Assembly: GCA_018656555.1 (NCBI GenBank) | Contig: JABHZQ010000024.1 | Span: 4,577 to 68,576, forward strand | DNA: 64,000 nt | Direction: 5' to 3' | Source: an archaeon | Lineage (GTDB): Archaea; Nanobdellota; Nanobdellia; SCGC-AAA011-G17; GW2011-AR17 | Shown here: in pieces, positions 12,001-19,520 of the stretch | Numbering within the stretch: the stretch's first letter is position 1 | How the letters are laid out: every line of letters starts with the position of its first letter | The notes under the pieces: generated by a model | Told to the model about the DNA's origin: nothing | What the model saw: the letters and a program-made list of their open reading frames with translations, nothing else | Databases searched by the model: none | Program-made: the position numbers and the translations under genes

Positions 12001-13890
12001 ATAAACTTAACTCTATATGCAGTAGATACCTTAAGTGGAACTTCTCCAACAGTAAGAGCAAATATAACAATATCAAATTATCCACCTAGTTTCAATGAAA
12101 CTTTAGCAAATCAAACAGTAAATTCAGGACAAGCATTTACTTATGATATTAATTGTAGTGATTCAGATGGAGACAATATAAATTATTATGATAACACCTC
12201 ATTGTTTAATATTAATGAGACAACTGGAATAATAGCTGATACACCTTCACAAACAGAATTTGGTAATAACTCAGTAGAAATTTCCTGTGGAGATGGGACT
12301 GAAAACACAACACAAAATATTATCTATCATATAAATGATAATGAAGATCCAGTTATTACCCTAACAGGACCAGATGTTTTCACAACAGATACAACTCCAA
12401 CATTTACTCTAACAACTGATGAAGTTTCAAGTTGTAAGTATAGAAATAGAACATCAAATTTCACTTGGATGGACACATCTGGAGGTACATTACACTATAA
12501 AAATCTAAATCTAAACTATGGTCTGTATGAGTATTCAATAGAGTGTAATGATAGTTCAAGTAATACCGGAAAGAATAAATCAAGATTTTATGTAGCAAAA
12601 CTAATGCCTACCGAATATTCATTTAATACAATTGAATTTACAGCAAATGAAACAAATTATAATTATTTAGAAAATGCAAATATAACTATAAACCTTTCAA
12701 AAGCAACAAGTAGTTTCTTCCTATTAGCTGAGTTTGCTGAAACTCCTGCTGAAGACTTTGAAATAGAAGGACAAACAACAACAGAATATAAATTCTTTAG
12801 TATTAACACTGGAAATACAGTAGAAGGCAATATCAGTGAAGTAACATTAAGATTTGAGTATGATCCAGCAGCTTTAATCGCAGCTGGAATAGCAGAGTCA
12901 GAACTTACAGTATTCTATTATAACGGAACAACTTGGGCTGAAGAATCTGGAACTGTAAATGAAGCAGAAGATTACATAGAAATAACCATAGCTCACCTAA
13001 GTGACTTTGTTATGGGTAAATCAGTGCCTACAGCAGCCCCAGTAACAGAAGAAGCAGCAGCTGGTGGCGGAGGAGGAGGAGGCGGATTTAGAGCACCAGC
13101 AGAAGTAGAAGAAGAACTAGATGAAGTGGACGAAATAGAAAATATAGAAATTTCAGTAGATTCAATAACTCTAGATGCAGTAGAAGGCTTTATTTCAGGA
13201 GATTCATTTAGAATAACCAATAGAGGAAACACAGTAGTAGATCTAGAATTAACTGTAACAACAATAAGTGATATTTTACATCTCTCAGATACAGACCTAA
13301 CTCTAGAACCTGGAGAATCCCAACTAATAGAAATAGATGTTATTCCAAAACAAGCAGGTATTTACACCGGTAAAATAAATGTATTCTACAAAAATCAAGT
13401 ATTACAAATCCCAGTAACAATAAACATAAACACAGAAAGAAGTCTTTTTGATATCTCTGTAAATGTACTTGGTGCTTTCAAGAATATAAGGCCTGGTCAA
13501 AAAATAACCGCAAGTATGTTCTTATTACAAGCAGGATTAGAACAAGAAGAAGATGTAACATTAAATTATATAATTAAGGACTTTGATGGTAACATATACT
13601 TAACAGAAAGTGAAACAATAGCAGTATACCAACAAACATCATTCAATAAACAACTACCTACACAAGATCTACCTCCTGGAGAATATGTTCTTGGTGCAGA
13701 AGTCGTCTATGGTGGGGGAATAGCAACATCAAGTTCACAATTTATTGTTACTGAAACAGAATTAGATAGCTCACAAAAACTACTACTAGGAGTTTTAATT
13801 GCAGCAGCTCTTACATTTATATCCTTAGTTATAATAATAGAAAGATATAAAAAGTTGCGTAGGCCATATATTAAAAAAAGAGGAAGATGA
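1..13890 (+). CDS. Giant modular cell-surface protein, 5'-truncated: DUF2341-like, FG-GAP/VCBS Ca-binding repeats, Gly-rich domain, PA14-like, 2x LamG, Ig/cadherin-like domains, C-terminal TM anchor
   Basis: Frame is open from base 1 (VDQSGNELPFYLE..LWVK..YYGN..FLLFDDF, DUF2341-like), so 211 is not the true start. DFDNDGDLD repeats; LamG motifs FNGSIDEVAVW and FNGTIDEVAIW; DTDGDSLNDYEE; many NxS/T sequons; hydrophobic C-terminal helix followed by a basic tail. Confidence 0.9.
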   Translation, partial: VDQSGNELPFYLEGDTNLWVKTDLTANINTSIFVYYGNPSAAPSSNGDDVFLLFDDFNSGTLDETKWNVTVNGNGNVTVNHQQAEIDDGSNTGAKLRSYANVSHGVLESRLKWTDSYELDLDMSYGWNGTIAGRMGMDLQAWESPHGVYNGTTWTNGTKYLSNTYKDLKLISAVGNQTSIYDGEIVQGFNTTVNLDPVPIYFNMGNNLPTLILDYVRVREFASTEPSFTFNTQQNSSTYLTVNGEYNYTLTAPSDGGSYTIKVNTSVSGIYGQNSQVLTVYQIPTVDTVSFFNRGWMKNLTIQANITDDNLDKVNFTITRISDNTKLIDNQAGTNLANAWNSTSTNITDCTEHNYTIFAYDTDNFNTTSTGNITFLCMTVNLNPSSLNLNDSFDITGYTNLTNGTVVTDAAIFVHYDENSYGSSGWWNSSWEYRTNLTVDTGYAPRGNNSVTKMIINFTQLMSDNSITGNFDPNSIRVTDSNGNLVDSEITRWFGVNRTGMLRWKMSTRDTITKETNYSYYLYFDTFTNGVKQPANASLPKEFFICSAADAGNDHYYAYSTYNRSLPSTWTKWDPESSNQKDESTIADFDNDGDLDIVYTSDNANSAYVYSNDGDASWSFTLAQTITSIDGDWNGICEGDFNEDGWLDLVINEDDCVLRYYENDGDGTFTYVSSPGDCGGEARKIACGEIDGDNNVDIVAGAYSNGCLYLIKGDGDGTFTDSGCISDSQGDGDDQHGVWIVDADLDGDMDVYGQSSSSYSDYFENKGDGTFENGVRQTDGGIVDSSPIQNQWGSGTVGDYDHDGSMDIIEGSWTSGTSYMAVYWGDNSLSNIYNNGNPSDKDAVAGMVDYSMFCGGADFLQDIKVWAENNSESPAVILNSSGWYEGSFTAPSAGGPYNVKLNTTYQGIYGENSQTLTVYQAPTIETVAFFNKLENQNLTIQVNITDDNIQNVNFTITKISDNTKIIDNQAGTNISDSWNSTRAKLDGCTDHNYTIFAYDKDNFNATESGNLTLICMTLNVNPSPAQLENTILISGYLNYTNSSMTTGAGVNVFVDGTLQAGLGNGSDGALTVTAAETIINNYTHLTGNETSGNTSIAVGDSSEFAANDEVLIIQMQNASGGNFGVYEFARISSVEATRVNFTKPLNNSYYSGRFNTTYSTVSQIVKVPQYTNVTIDDGATITAKLWDRWSGGIVVFKATDGVNITGSVDAEGKGFRGGEARQAGAGNGTAGESYYGLGIATADPNEAGGGGGAGRDACSQNCGAGGGGGYGTAGTVGIGSGNLQPGDPGANYNIPNLDSLIFGSAGGGGGSGWSGSGCANHRGGHGGGIVFISAQEILVSGNLTVAGKFYGTGWHGGCCDCAASGSGAGGTVYLRSSVMDFSNGIVNASGGNGVNSTAAGYKHEQGGNGGVGRIRLDVTTLSGTTHPGSGYNGTFATTVVNESGYYDYNLSAFSEGGVYTIKVNTTHSGIYSEKTEALTVYQSPSIQTVSFLNRIWGQNITIQVNLTDDNLDKSNFTITRISDNIKVLDNQAGTNLSNSWNSTSTNITDCTEHNYSIYAYDKDNFNATSSGNITFMCIDINFNTTIIAINDSFESYGTVNLTNGTNVANTDVDIYINLTKQSTSTPANWDNLNFTYRLPINLTQPNTFSSGRTQEHILLNLTLAESRLRNESGPSFYCNGTQMPYEGYAINITDGWVTQLQALVEINFSQYDNKSCYLYYDTGYNGTNPTMRRTGWHYVSDGDQGGANPPADLTPANIDCNSNDANGEWTVYPCTGSTSDTYTVNEWCYFKGQVTGTQTFWRQSDDASYLIIDGTTVTSGPCCGATTGTYTTATGRFYNMETDWTEGGGGEYVYLAHAGSNSNDIDTECYPYYGDEWTIDITNSSEESKGNPAQTNATGQYSHTLTSPSSTGEYPVKFNTTYSGIYGERTVSSTVKARPSVTLTSPINANYSVILESIKFNCTVTDTDGDLSNITLYHDLSGTWASDGTASVTGSSNSTVFTRDVRDYIGYKFTDSRYTWNCKATDEFNLDSQASTNVTFGSWNVGNYSDTLLNVSSGYLGLDDSDSIQELNSTWFNLSGNGLLLHMNEASGTIIDSSGNGNDGSDSGGINYSAEGKLNTAIGFDGDNDYINIGDITDFDDLSELTLSAWFYLEGNSSTSTPGGIIDKFDVSGDERNILFTETGGNLRISVGETGGVGDYCYVITPLKLNRWYHGAATFDSGDCSLYLDGALTGSASAPEGETTTGSNSAPLRIGSSNDFAGSGSGYFNGSIDEVAVWTRTLSANEITELYNRQKGTYLSRGNYTSRVFDAGRPAMWKNMTWDENAPYYEELPDNQEVETATGGVNMTGNVLLMHFNNDSTYGENNTNAFDFSGNKINGTLGNLSQNTIPSWTSSGKLFGALDFDGEDYVSFGDSLDSTTTGEDKKFSYSVWIKPESPLSTCFIIGKVADSSCSESQRQYFLRLSSSGVLDFLWYGALDASSYRGVKGTTYITDLSKWHHVVVNYDGSIDTNDGLDRVEIYLDGVEESKELWLSSGSLLGIQDSTAHLGIGKALDPSGSACGGTNFFNGTIDEVAIWNRTLSEEEILNIYKRGALRLNFSARSCDDTICDTELLVPFGSNVSYTNISLLNNTQYFQYQLNYQADGTDFSPEISMDSVVVAYEPINNPPNVTNVTLTSTSSLNYSNGTLITAWAIQDPEGDTETDNETRWWVDGILNTTFTNNSRIEAANITKGEVWNFSVRIYDGGYWSDWSENISLTTVNAPPSISLNDPTDGEKLYRNTSPTLNISISDADSDSVDVTFLNSTLNNTICDLDNVNSTVTCTWSGLTANQVYSWLANATDGEDTVVSPVWNFTPNDEPGVNNMRADFINTSSVLFKWQNQADMQWVSLRVGSEIMEIRSITSVEDNWTVNNIYPNQDYTFEWQVGDSLLAMSDYHNFTIKTIGWNAELANYSYRRLFTVNSSEIASDQDNFAVNISLTEDGFQYYDSANWVWYPSFGRLNYTNKNDIRFVDYYDSKYLQFNVSYWNVPGEGCLYQQTGPNETAYSGDFIEVYKANDSDWDTQTTPSPTGTFLYNYTIPTGAKTSSKYRIYDGGWGWDLTLPSSCYGGDKLQFKSVADYNIPAVDTYCWNQSSDEWAKFRNNGNVSAYIYETMMTWQYDCQAYISVIPEHYDDETQTNIAGLDGDYDVKFWMYYGNTGDVNNETYFNQSGTEQDSYSFGAEIEQVLGAPTISNVNITKGRTTTGTNISWAIDQSVDNRVRYATNLWMLDSVWTYKIRNNSETFEHLYGDQNNTILLIPHASQYVETLNVTCSNSTFSPNYTINTTANPVSIVFNDINIAEYFNWTVNYTWNKSWIRNARNAEFQLESLATNTTYYYEINAYGQNGNSTTTGNFTLGNLSSTPTLEILNYTEDRPNKQLTICANLSNMSDSPRINSSIQYWNTSSTTFMETTSTELSAIGTFCKTITVEYDTNNTFRAKGVGTTTGYSDSYNNEYLAIQPFFAGSYVEDDNDDRDRQFCPNGPNILPCYEQKGYLEGSLQEEDWIWIESNFTEYGILKANWWDGSTWTEYNLTNDTDSDMQYLKLTGLDGEFHTFYITNQTDDLILNWTKPGRIHLNNQNRTEEYKYVGFNGSKTAINYSLLYMDAIYYNSSAYQWCMASPGGNLYDCMSVEYFGGGTESGLTEINGGTAYDRGRLFRGGITNGEMNDTGVLTPERRSFDNTGEGYRFCFAYTAYWWNQSIVPDNNITNYYYRYWSQDDWWSNYFGYTQSKRFDYINLFSWAYDELSYTRDWTEVDDTRVSTETAVLNTLNSTFNSQYNQSLVVGYLNDFEFDTGDDNIYNFGFYTDGRWTNQQFGKYQQAFVIFNLPDNTTLLGMDTDGDSLNDYEELFTYYTNPMSNDTDEDGRLDADEINLSYDANLYTLSNTAPNLTAMTFNASIYYSATSMAFNSTYTDYDGDSATVYLIWFKNGVNIYNRTYSNVANGTLIESTLQYPNFTRADQINLTLYAVDTLSGTSPTVRANITISNYPPSFNETLANQTVNSGQAFTYDINCSDSDGDNINYYDNTSLFNINETTGIIADTPSQTEFGNNSVEISCGDGTENTTQNIIYHINDNEDPVITLTGPDVFTTDTTPTFTLTTDEVSSCKYRNRTSNFTWMDTSGGTLHYKNLNLNYGLYEYSIECNDSSSNTGKNKSRFYVAKLMPTEYSFNTIEFTANETNYNYLENANITINLSKATSSFFLLAEFAETPAEDFEIEGQTTTEYKFFSINTGNTVEGNISEVTLRFEYDPAALIAAGIAESELTVFYYNGTTWAEESGTVNEAEDYIEITIAHLSDFVMGKSVPTAAPVTEEAAAGGGGGGGGFRAPAEVEEELDEVDEIENIEISVDSITLDAVEGFISGDSFRITNRGNTVVDLELTVTTISDILHLSDTDLTLEPGESQLIEIDVIPKQAGIYTGKINVFYKNQVLQIPVTININTERSLFDISVNVLGAFKNIRPGQKITASMFLLQAGLEQEEDVTLNYIIKDFDGNIYLTESETIAVYQQTSFNKQLPTQDLPPGEYVLGAEVVYGGGIATSSSQFIVTETELDSSQKLLLGVLIAAALTFISLVIIIERYKKLRRPYIKKRGR
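730..4740 (+). repeat. Three copies of a ~135-codon scaffold module (~730-1140, ~2640-3060, ~4330-4740); partial fourth copy ~5695-5800
   Basis: Recurring GIYG.NSQ.LTVYQ.P...NFTIT.ISDN.K..DNQAGTN...WNST...DCT.HNY; 41 bp exact DNA identity between 1018-1058 and 4618-4658. Confidence 0.9.
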
Positions 13891-15071
13891 AAAAAAGACT
13901 AATAATACCCATAATAATAGGTATAATTATTGTAGCTTTAGTAGCCTATTTTCTTTCAAATGGAGATGAAACCTTTACAGTTGATAATCTTTTAATCAAA
14001 TCTGCAATAAAAGAAAGTGAAAGAACCACACAAGTAGTAACTGTCACAAGCATAATTGGTTCAGAATACACATTAAACTTACAAGGCTTAGAGGGGGTGG
14101 CAGGACTTGATCAATACGCTTTTGCACTAAGTCAAGGAGATACAAAAGAACTAACTCTAACCTTTGATGCTTCAGCTTATGGTCCAGGAATATATATTGG
14201 GTACTTAGAAATAACAACAGAAACACAAACAGAGACAATACCTATAATCTTAGAAGTGCATTCAAGAGATGTTTTCTTTGCAACTAACCTAGAAATATCT
14301 TCACACTACAAAGAAATTGCACCTGGAGATTCATTCTCACCTTCAATAAGAGTCTATAACCTAAAAGATACAGAACAACACACACTAGAGATGAATTATA
14401 TAATTAAGGACTTAGATTCCAATTCTATCTATTCTGAAGTAGAAAACCTAATTATTGGAACAGATTCAACAGTTAGTAAAATTATATACCTTCCAGAAGA
14501 ACTTCCAGAAGAAGATTATGTTTTTATTGTAACAACAGAATCGGACACATCTTATTCCACTTCTACCTATTATTTCACCGTAACAAAAGAAGCAAAACAA
14601 TTCTTCTCAGGTATTGAATCATTTACATTTATCTTTGCAACTGCAATTGTAATCTTATTATTTGCAATAGTTGTTCTAATGTTTCACACCCTAAAAGACA
14701 GAAATGAGCTATTTAGGCAATTAGATCAATTACAAAGAGCACAATTAAGTGGAACAATCAGAAAAATAGAGAAAAAAGAAAAAACTATTTTATCAAAAGC
14801 AAAAACAAAGAAAACCAAAGAAAAAATACTAAAAGAATACAAAACCTTAATTAAAAAAGAGAAAGGTATAATCAAAAGAAAACAGAAAAAACAAAAAGAA
14901 GAGTTTAAGAAATTAGGTTCAAAAGATGATATGAAGAAAAAATTATCTCAATGGAAAAACCAAGGATTTAATCTCAATATCTTCAAAAAAGTAAAAAAGA
15001 ATAAAAATTCAAAGAAAGACAAATTAAAGAAGTGGAAAAAACAAGGGTATGATACTTCAATACTTAAATAG
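13887..15071 (+). CDS. Membrane-anchored Ig-like protein with Lys-rich cytoplasmic tail, similar to the giant protein's C-terminal domains
   Basis: ATGA overlap with the giant gene; N-terminal TM and second TM; shared motifs (GIY.G...IP; YIIKD.D.N). Confidence 0.8.
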   Translation: MKKRLIIPIIIGIIIVALVAYFLSNGDETFTVDNLLIKSAIKESERTTQVVTVTSIIGSEYTLNLQGLEGVAGLDQYAFALSQGDTKELTLTFDASAYGPGIYIGYLEITTETQTETIPIILEVHSRDVFFATNLEISSHYKEIAPGDSFSPSIRVYNLKDTEQHTLEMNYIIKDLDSNSIYSEVENLIIGTDSTVSKIIYLPEELPEEDYVFIVTTESDTSYSTSTYYFTVTKEAKQFFSGIESFTFIFATAIVILLFAIVVLMFHTLKDRNELFRQLDQLQRAQLSGTIRKIEKKEKTILSKAKTKKTKEKILKEYKTLIKKEKGIIKRKQKKQKEEFKKLGSKDDMKKKLSQWKNQGFNLNIFKKVKKNKNSKKDKLKKWKKQGYDTSILK

Positions 15072-15106
15072 AAACATTTAAAAGAATAAAAGGGGTATAT
15101 CTAAGC

Positions 15107-16774
15107 ATGGCGAAAAAGAAAAAGAGAAAAAGTGCGCCTAAAAAGAAAACTGATATTTCTAAAAAAGAATTCCAAGCTTTTGCAAGGGGAGTAGATAGAT
15201 TAAAAGAATTAGAAAAAGAATTAAAATCCCTAGATACAAGAGGTTTCTATAAAGATGAACAATACATTAGATCAAGATTAAAATCTGTTTCAGAGATTCC
15301 AAATATAGAAAAAGCAGTTAAAAAACTAAAACTAAAAATAAAACATAAGTATAAACCAAGAAGAAAGAAAACAAGTAGAACTTCAAGAGATATACACAAA
15401 CTTACCGAAGAACTACCTAAAATTAAGAGAAAAATAAGTTCTATTACAAGTATAAAAGATGATGTTCCTAAAATTGAAAAAGAATTAAAAATCCTTTCAA
15501 GAAAATTTGATGCTATTAAAGATAAAAGTAAATTAAAGATAGATTCTGGTGTTGGGATTGTAGTAGACAACGATTTTAACTATTTCCTAAATACAATAAA
15601 ATCAACGCTTTCTGAAAGAATTAATGAAAAAGAAGCTGAATTGCATGAAAGATTAGAGATTGAGCTAAATTCCAAAGAAAAGAAAAGTAAAGAGAGATAT
15701 ATGAAATTACTAGCTGAATATAATAGAAAAAGAAAGGCTTATGAATCAAAATTAAAGAGACAATATCTAGCAAAAGTTAAAAGTAGACTACAATCAGAAG
15801 TAGATGAAAGGTTTAATGATCTATTAAAAAGAAGGCTTGATGAAAAGAAAGTAGTCTTATCTAGAAGTTATAAGAAAAAATTAAAATCACAAAACAATGG
15901 GTTGTTGGATAGGCATAAATCTAAGATTACTAAATCATTAAAAAATGAATTAGCTAGTAAAATTAGAAAATTACATCTTGAAGAGCAAAAAGCTAAAGCA
16001 AAGTTAAAACAAAGGGCAGATGAGGTCACTAGAAAGAGAAAAAATCTAGCCCAAGAAAAGGAAAAGATTAGAAAAAGGTATGAAAGAGAGTTAAAATCAA
16101 AATTATCTAAACTATCAAAGAAAGAAAAAGAAATCTTCTCAAATATGACTGCTAGAACTAAAGCAAAGTTCTCAAATAAAACTACTAAATCTAAGGAAAA
16201 GTTCTCAAATATGACTGCTAGAGCTAAAGCAAAATTATCAAAGATGAATTTAAATGCTAAAATTAAGTTTGAGAAACAGAAAAAAGAATTAGAACTTTTG
16301 AAGAAAAAAACAATACAGGATATAGAGAAAAGTATTAATGCAGCATATTCTAGACTAGCAAAACATGAGAGAAAAGTTAAAGAAGATGAAATTATGATCC
16401 AAATGGAAGAAGAAACTCTGTCTGGAGAAGAAGTAAATCTAAAGAAAAAAGAGACTAATTGGTTAAAAAATGATAAGTTAAGGATGAATAAAGCCAAATC
16501 TAGGCTAACAAAAGCTCTTAATTTCAAATTACAATATGAAGTATCTAAAAAAGATAAAGAAGTTCATGATCTTAAAGAAAAAATAATCAAAGAGTACAAT
16601 AAGAGATTAGAAGATGAAATAAAGAAAAAAGAGAAAACAATTAGAGACAAACTAAAGAAAGAGTATGAGATGATACTAAAGAATAAAATATCTCAACACG
16701 AAGCAGATTTAAAACAGAAAAAACTAGCTTTAGAAGCACAAATCCAACAAAGATTAAAGAAAATTCTAAATTAA
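15107..16774 (+). CDS. Lys/Glu-rich long coiled-coil protein
   Basis: Helical K/E/R-rich sequence; 11-aa repeats FSNMTARTKAK/FSNKTTKSKEK/FSNMTARAKAK. Confidence 0.75.
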   Translation: MAKKKKRKSAPKKKTDISKKEFQAFARGVDRLKELEKELKSLDTRGFYKDEQYIRSRLKSVSEIPNIEKAVKKLKLKIKHKYKPRRKKTSRTSRDIHKLTEELPKIKRKISSITSIKDDVPKIEKELKILSRKFDAIKDKSKLKIDSGVGIVVDNDFNYFLNTIKSTLSERINEKEAELHERLEIELNSKEKKSKERYMKLLAEYNRKRKAYESKLKRQYLAKVKSRLQSEVDERFNDLLKRRLDEKKVVLSRSYKKKLKSQNNGLLDRHKSKITKSLKNELASKIRKLHLEEQKAKAKLKQRADEVTRKRKNLAQEKEKIRKRYERELKSKLSKLSKKEKEIFSNMTARTKAKFSNKTTKSKEKFSNMTARAKAKLSKMNLNAKIKFEKQKKELELLKKKTIQDIEKSINAAYSRLAKHERKVKEDEIMIQMEEETLSGEEVNLKKKETNWLKNDKLRMNKAKSRLTKALNFKLQYEVSKKDKEVHDLKEKIIKEYNKRLEDEIKKKEKTIRDKLKKEYEMILKNKISQHEADLKQKKLALEAQIQQRLKKILN

Positions 16775-17500
16775 AGGTCTTAATACTAATTTATTTCCAT
16801 AATCTCTTAAACTATCAAGAGTATCATTCACAACAATAGCAATAACATCCTCTTCTTTACCCTCTTTCAAACTAAAACCATATCTATACTTATTTAATTC
16901 ACTTATATCAACATCATTTTCTTTTATCAAGAGTAAATTACAACCTCTTTTCATTAGTTTTAAACCAGCATCAATTGAAGTTTCATCCTGTAATAAAAGC
17001 CCCACTCTTCCTTGGATTCCAACTGGTAAACCTCCCAAGCCCTTCTCTTTATTATTATACATATAAGCAGTTTTATGAAATATCTCAATAAAAATAGTAC
17101 AGTTTGGTTTTGTTAGATTAACCTTAGCTCCATTGTTATCAACAACATAAGCCCCTAATTCTCTTTCAATCTCAGGAGAGGTCATAAATATCTTTTCACC
17201 TCTCTTACAAGAAACCCTAAAACTTCCTTCAGTATACAAGTTTAAAGCAACCTCTTTCATTTTATCTAAGTTTAATTCTACTTCTTGAACATTAGAAAAA
17301 GAAACAATACCAAAAACATAAGCCAATTCCTTACATTCTTTATCACAATCAATTAAAATCCTGCCCCTATACCTAGTAACTGTTCTAAAAGGAACATTAT
17401 TCTTTTTCAAGCAATCCTTGATATTATGCTGTAATTTCTTCTCAAAGAGACCTCTATTACCTCCTTTCAAAGCAATTTCTCCATATTTGACAATTATCAT
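16766..17500 (-). CDS. ThiI-like THUMP-domain protein with degenerate, truncated PP-loop domain
   Basis: IIVKYGEIALKGGNR..FE, THUMP domain and GLGGLPVG are present; SGGIDS is replaced by QDETSID; only 244 aa. Confidence 0.8.
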   Translation of the reverse strand: MIIVKYGEIALKGGNRGLFEKKLQHNIKDCLKKNNVPFRTVTRYRGRILIDCDKECKELAYVFGIVSFSNVQEVELNLDKMKEVALNLYTEGSFRVSCKRGEKIFMTSPEIERELGAYVVDNNGAKVNLTKPNCTIFIEIFHKTAYMYNNKEKGLGGLPVGIQGRVGLLLQDETSIDAGLKLMKRGCNLLLIKENDVDISELNKYRYGFSLKEGKEEDVIAIVVNDTLDSLRDYGNKLVLRPLI

Positions 17501-17523
17501 AGTAAGAAAAAGTAAAGTTCTGT

Positions 17524-18528
17524 TTATATTATTTCTGTTTCAATCTCATCAAGCTCACAAAAATTAGTAGTAAAGTTATAAGCACCAGCATTCAGGAACA
17601 CAAGTTTGTCCCCAATTTTAGGATTCTCCAAATAAACCTTATACCTAAACAAATCCATAGAACAAGGTGTAACGCCCTTAATCACATAAGCCTCACCTTT
17701 TCCTTCCCCTTCAACTAATAATTTAACAGGAACAACCAAGGCATCTAGATCAGAATTATACACTGAAGCATTAACAATAATGTTATTCTCATGAATACCA
17801 ATTATATTGGTTTCTAATTTAATGGCTGGAGCAGAAATAAACCTTCCTGGTTCAATAATTAACTTACATTTCAATTCCTCTTTCAACTCTTTAATCTTAT
17901 TCAAAATAACATCAATAACTTTTACATTGGTATTAGCATACTCTGAAGGTAAACCCCCACCTATATTCAAATACTCAATACTATCTAACACTTCTTCTTT
18001 CAACATATACCTCATCTCATAAGCAAGATTCCACTCAGCCATATTCTGTGTTTTTCTATGGAAATGAACTCCTAATTTCAAATTGGGGTTATCTTTTAAC
18101 TCCATCACTCTTTTGTTAATCACATCAGAACCCATACCAAACACAAAATACCTCTCAGTACGCAGAGTATTCTCTTTTAATTTTAATCTTAAAAATAAAT
18201 TAATTTTTATATCCTTACCTTCTAAATAACCTAACAAAATATCTAAATCAGATTCATTATCAACAACAAAGAATTTTATTCCTAGATCTAACAATTTCTT
18301 AATCTCTTCTTCATTCCAAGCTTGAGCTAAAAATAACACTCTAGATTTATCCTTAATGTGCTTCAATTCATTAACAAAGTGGATACTAAACATAGAATTG
18401 GTATTCTCTTCTAATATCTTAGTAACTAAAGGATTAGTCTTAGAGCTGTAAGAAACAATACCTAAATCTTTTATTTTATTATACTGCTCAATTACTTTTG
18501 ATTTTGACAACAAAAACCTTGGTTTCAT
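17524..18528 (-). CDS. PLP-dependent group IV (Orn/DAP/Arg) decarboxylase
   Basis: SYSSKTN (PLP Lys), HFH, LNIGGG, IIEPGRF, GVTPCSMD, NAGAY. Confidence 0.85.
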   Translation of the reverse strand: MKPRFLLSKSKVIEQYNKIKDLGIVSYSSKTNPLVTKILEENTNSMFSIHFVNELKHIKDKSRVLFLAQAWNEEEIKKLLDLGIKFFVVDNESDLDILLGYLEGKDIKINLFLRLKLKENTLRTERYFVFGMGSDVINKRVMELKDNPNLKLGVHFHRKTQNMAEWNLAYEMRYMLKEEVLDSIEYLNIGGGLPSEYANTNVKVIDVILNKIKELKEELKCKLIIEPGRFISAPAIKLETNIIGIHENNIIVNASVYNSDLDALVVPVKLLVEGEGKGEAYVIKGVTPCSMDLFRYKVYLENPKIGDKLVFLNAGAYNFTTNFCELDEIETEII

Positions 18529-19457
18529 AATAATCCTTCCTCATCTAGTTCTTCTAAAGCATTAATCATAGCTAAAGGAAAAGTAAAAGTAACATCTCCA
18601 ATAACTGTAGCAATATCTGAGTCATCCTTAACCTTTCCCCAAGACTTTGCTTCATTTGTAGTAGCTCCACTCATACTTCCTGATGTTTTGTGGGCAGTAG
18701 TCATGTAAACGGCGTACTCTGCACCACCATTCAATAAAGTACAGAGGATTGCATGATGCTTTGAAATACTTCCACCTAAAGCAATAACTCCTTTTTTCTC
18801 ATCATGAGAAGTACATAATAATATTTTCCCAAAGTCTTGAACAACATCAACTATAAAGTCAGGATGATTCTGTTGAAATAAATACAAATGGAACCCAAAA
18901 GCACCATCTGTAATAGCTGGACAAAATATTGGCACATCCTTTCTAGCTGCTTGGTATAAAATAGAATCTTCATCTTCAAGCATTAATCCAATCTCTTTAA
19001 ACAAATCAGAACAAGTCCATCTTTTCTTCTTTAGGTACAATTTATGTAAAATCGGATTAATATAATCTTCAAAATTCATATAAGCCTCAGTATTAATATA
19101 CAAATTACCTACCCTATTAACACCTTGCTCATGTAATTCTACATCATCTGCTTCAAATTTACCAATTTCAAACTTTTCACCAATACCTTTCATTATATCC
19201 TCTTCCAAACCACCAACAGTTGTAACAATAACATCTGCCATCCCCAATTTAATAATCTGAGCAAAGAAACCTCTTAACCCAGAAGTAACCATGTTTGAGG
19301 TAAATGTAAGAAATACCTTGGCATTATTTTTCTTCATCTTCACAATAACTTCAGAAGCACGACTTAACTCAATACTTTGGAATCCTAGATGCTTAAAGCT
19401 TCCAACCATTTCCTTTACAGTTATACCTTTTTTCCATTTAAAATCTTGAACTTTCAT
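18525..19457 (-). CDS. dys: Deoxyhypusine synthase family protein
   Basis: FTSNMVTSGLR, GGLEED, NRVGN, PAITDG, SGATTNEAKSWGK. Confidence 0.9.
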   Translation of the reverse strand: MKVQDFKWKKGITVKEMVGSFKHLGFQSIELSRASEVIVKMKKNNAKVFLTFTSNMVTSGLRGFFAQIIKLGMADVIVTTVGGLEEDIMKGIGEKFEIGKFEADDVELHEQGVNRVGNLYINTEAYMNFEDYINPILHKLYLKKKRWTCSDLFKEIGLMLEDEDSILYQAARKDVPIFCPAITDGAFGFHLYLFQQNHPDFIVDVVQDFGKILLCTSHDEKKGVIALGGSISKHHAILCTLLNGGAEYAVYMTTAHKTSGSMSGATTNEAKSWGKVKDDSDIATVIGDVTFTFPLAMINALEELDEEGLL

Positions 19458-19490
19458 TTTAGTCTCCTTACTAATATAATCAAAGAAATT

Positions 19491-19520
19491 CTAACTTCCG
19501 GACTTTCTAACTGAATCCAT
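19491..19520 (-). promoter_or_regulatory. Putative leaderless uORF (MDSVRKSGS*) in frame with dys
   Basis: ATG lies 22 nt downstream of TTTTTAAA (19543-19550); TAG stop, then 11 sense codons containing an AAGGAG SD before the dys ATG. Confidence 0.5.

Noticed and set aside
840-16527. Short antisense or alternate-frame ORFs inside the giant and coiled-coil genes, and similar ones elsewhere
   Set aside because: Shadow ORFs of well-supported genes, with no motifs.
19491-19493. Genome-wide amber recoding
   Set aside because: TAG terminates normal genes here, for example nrdR and 13887-15071.
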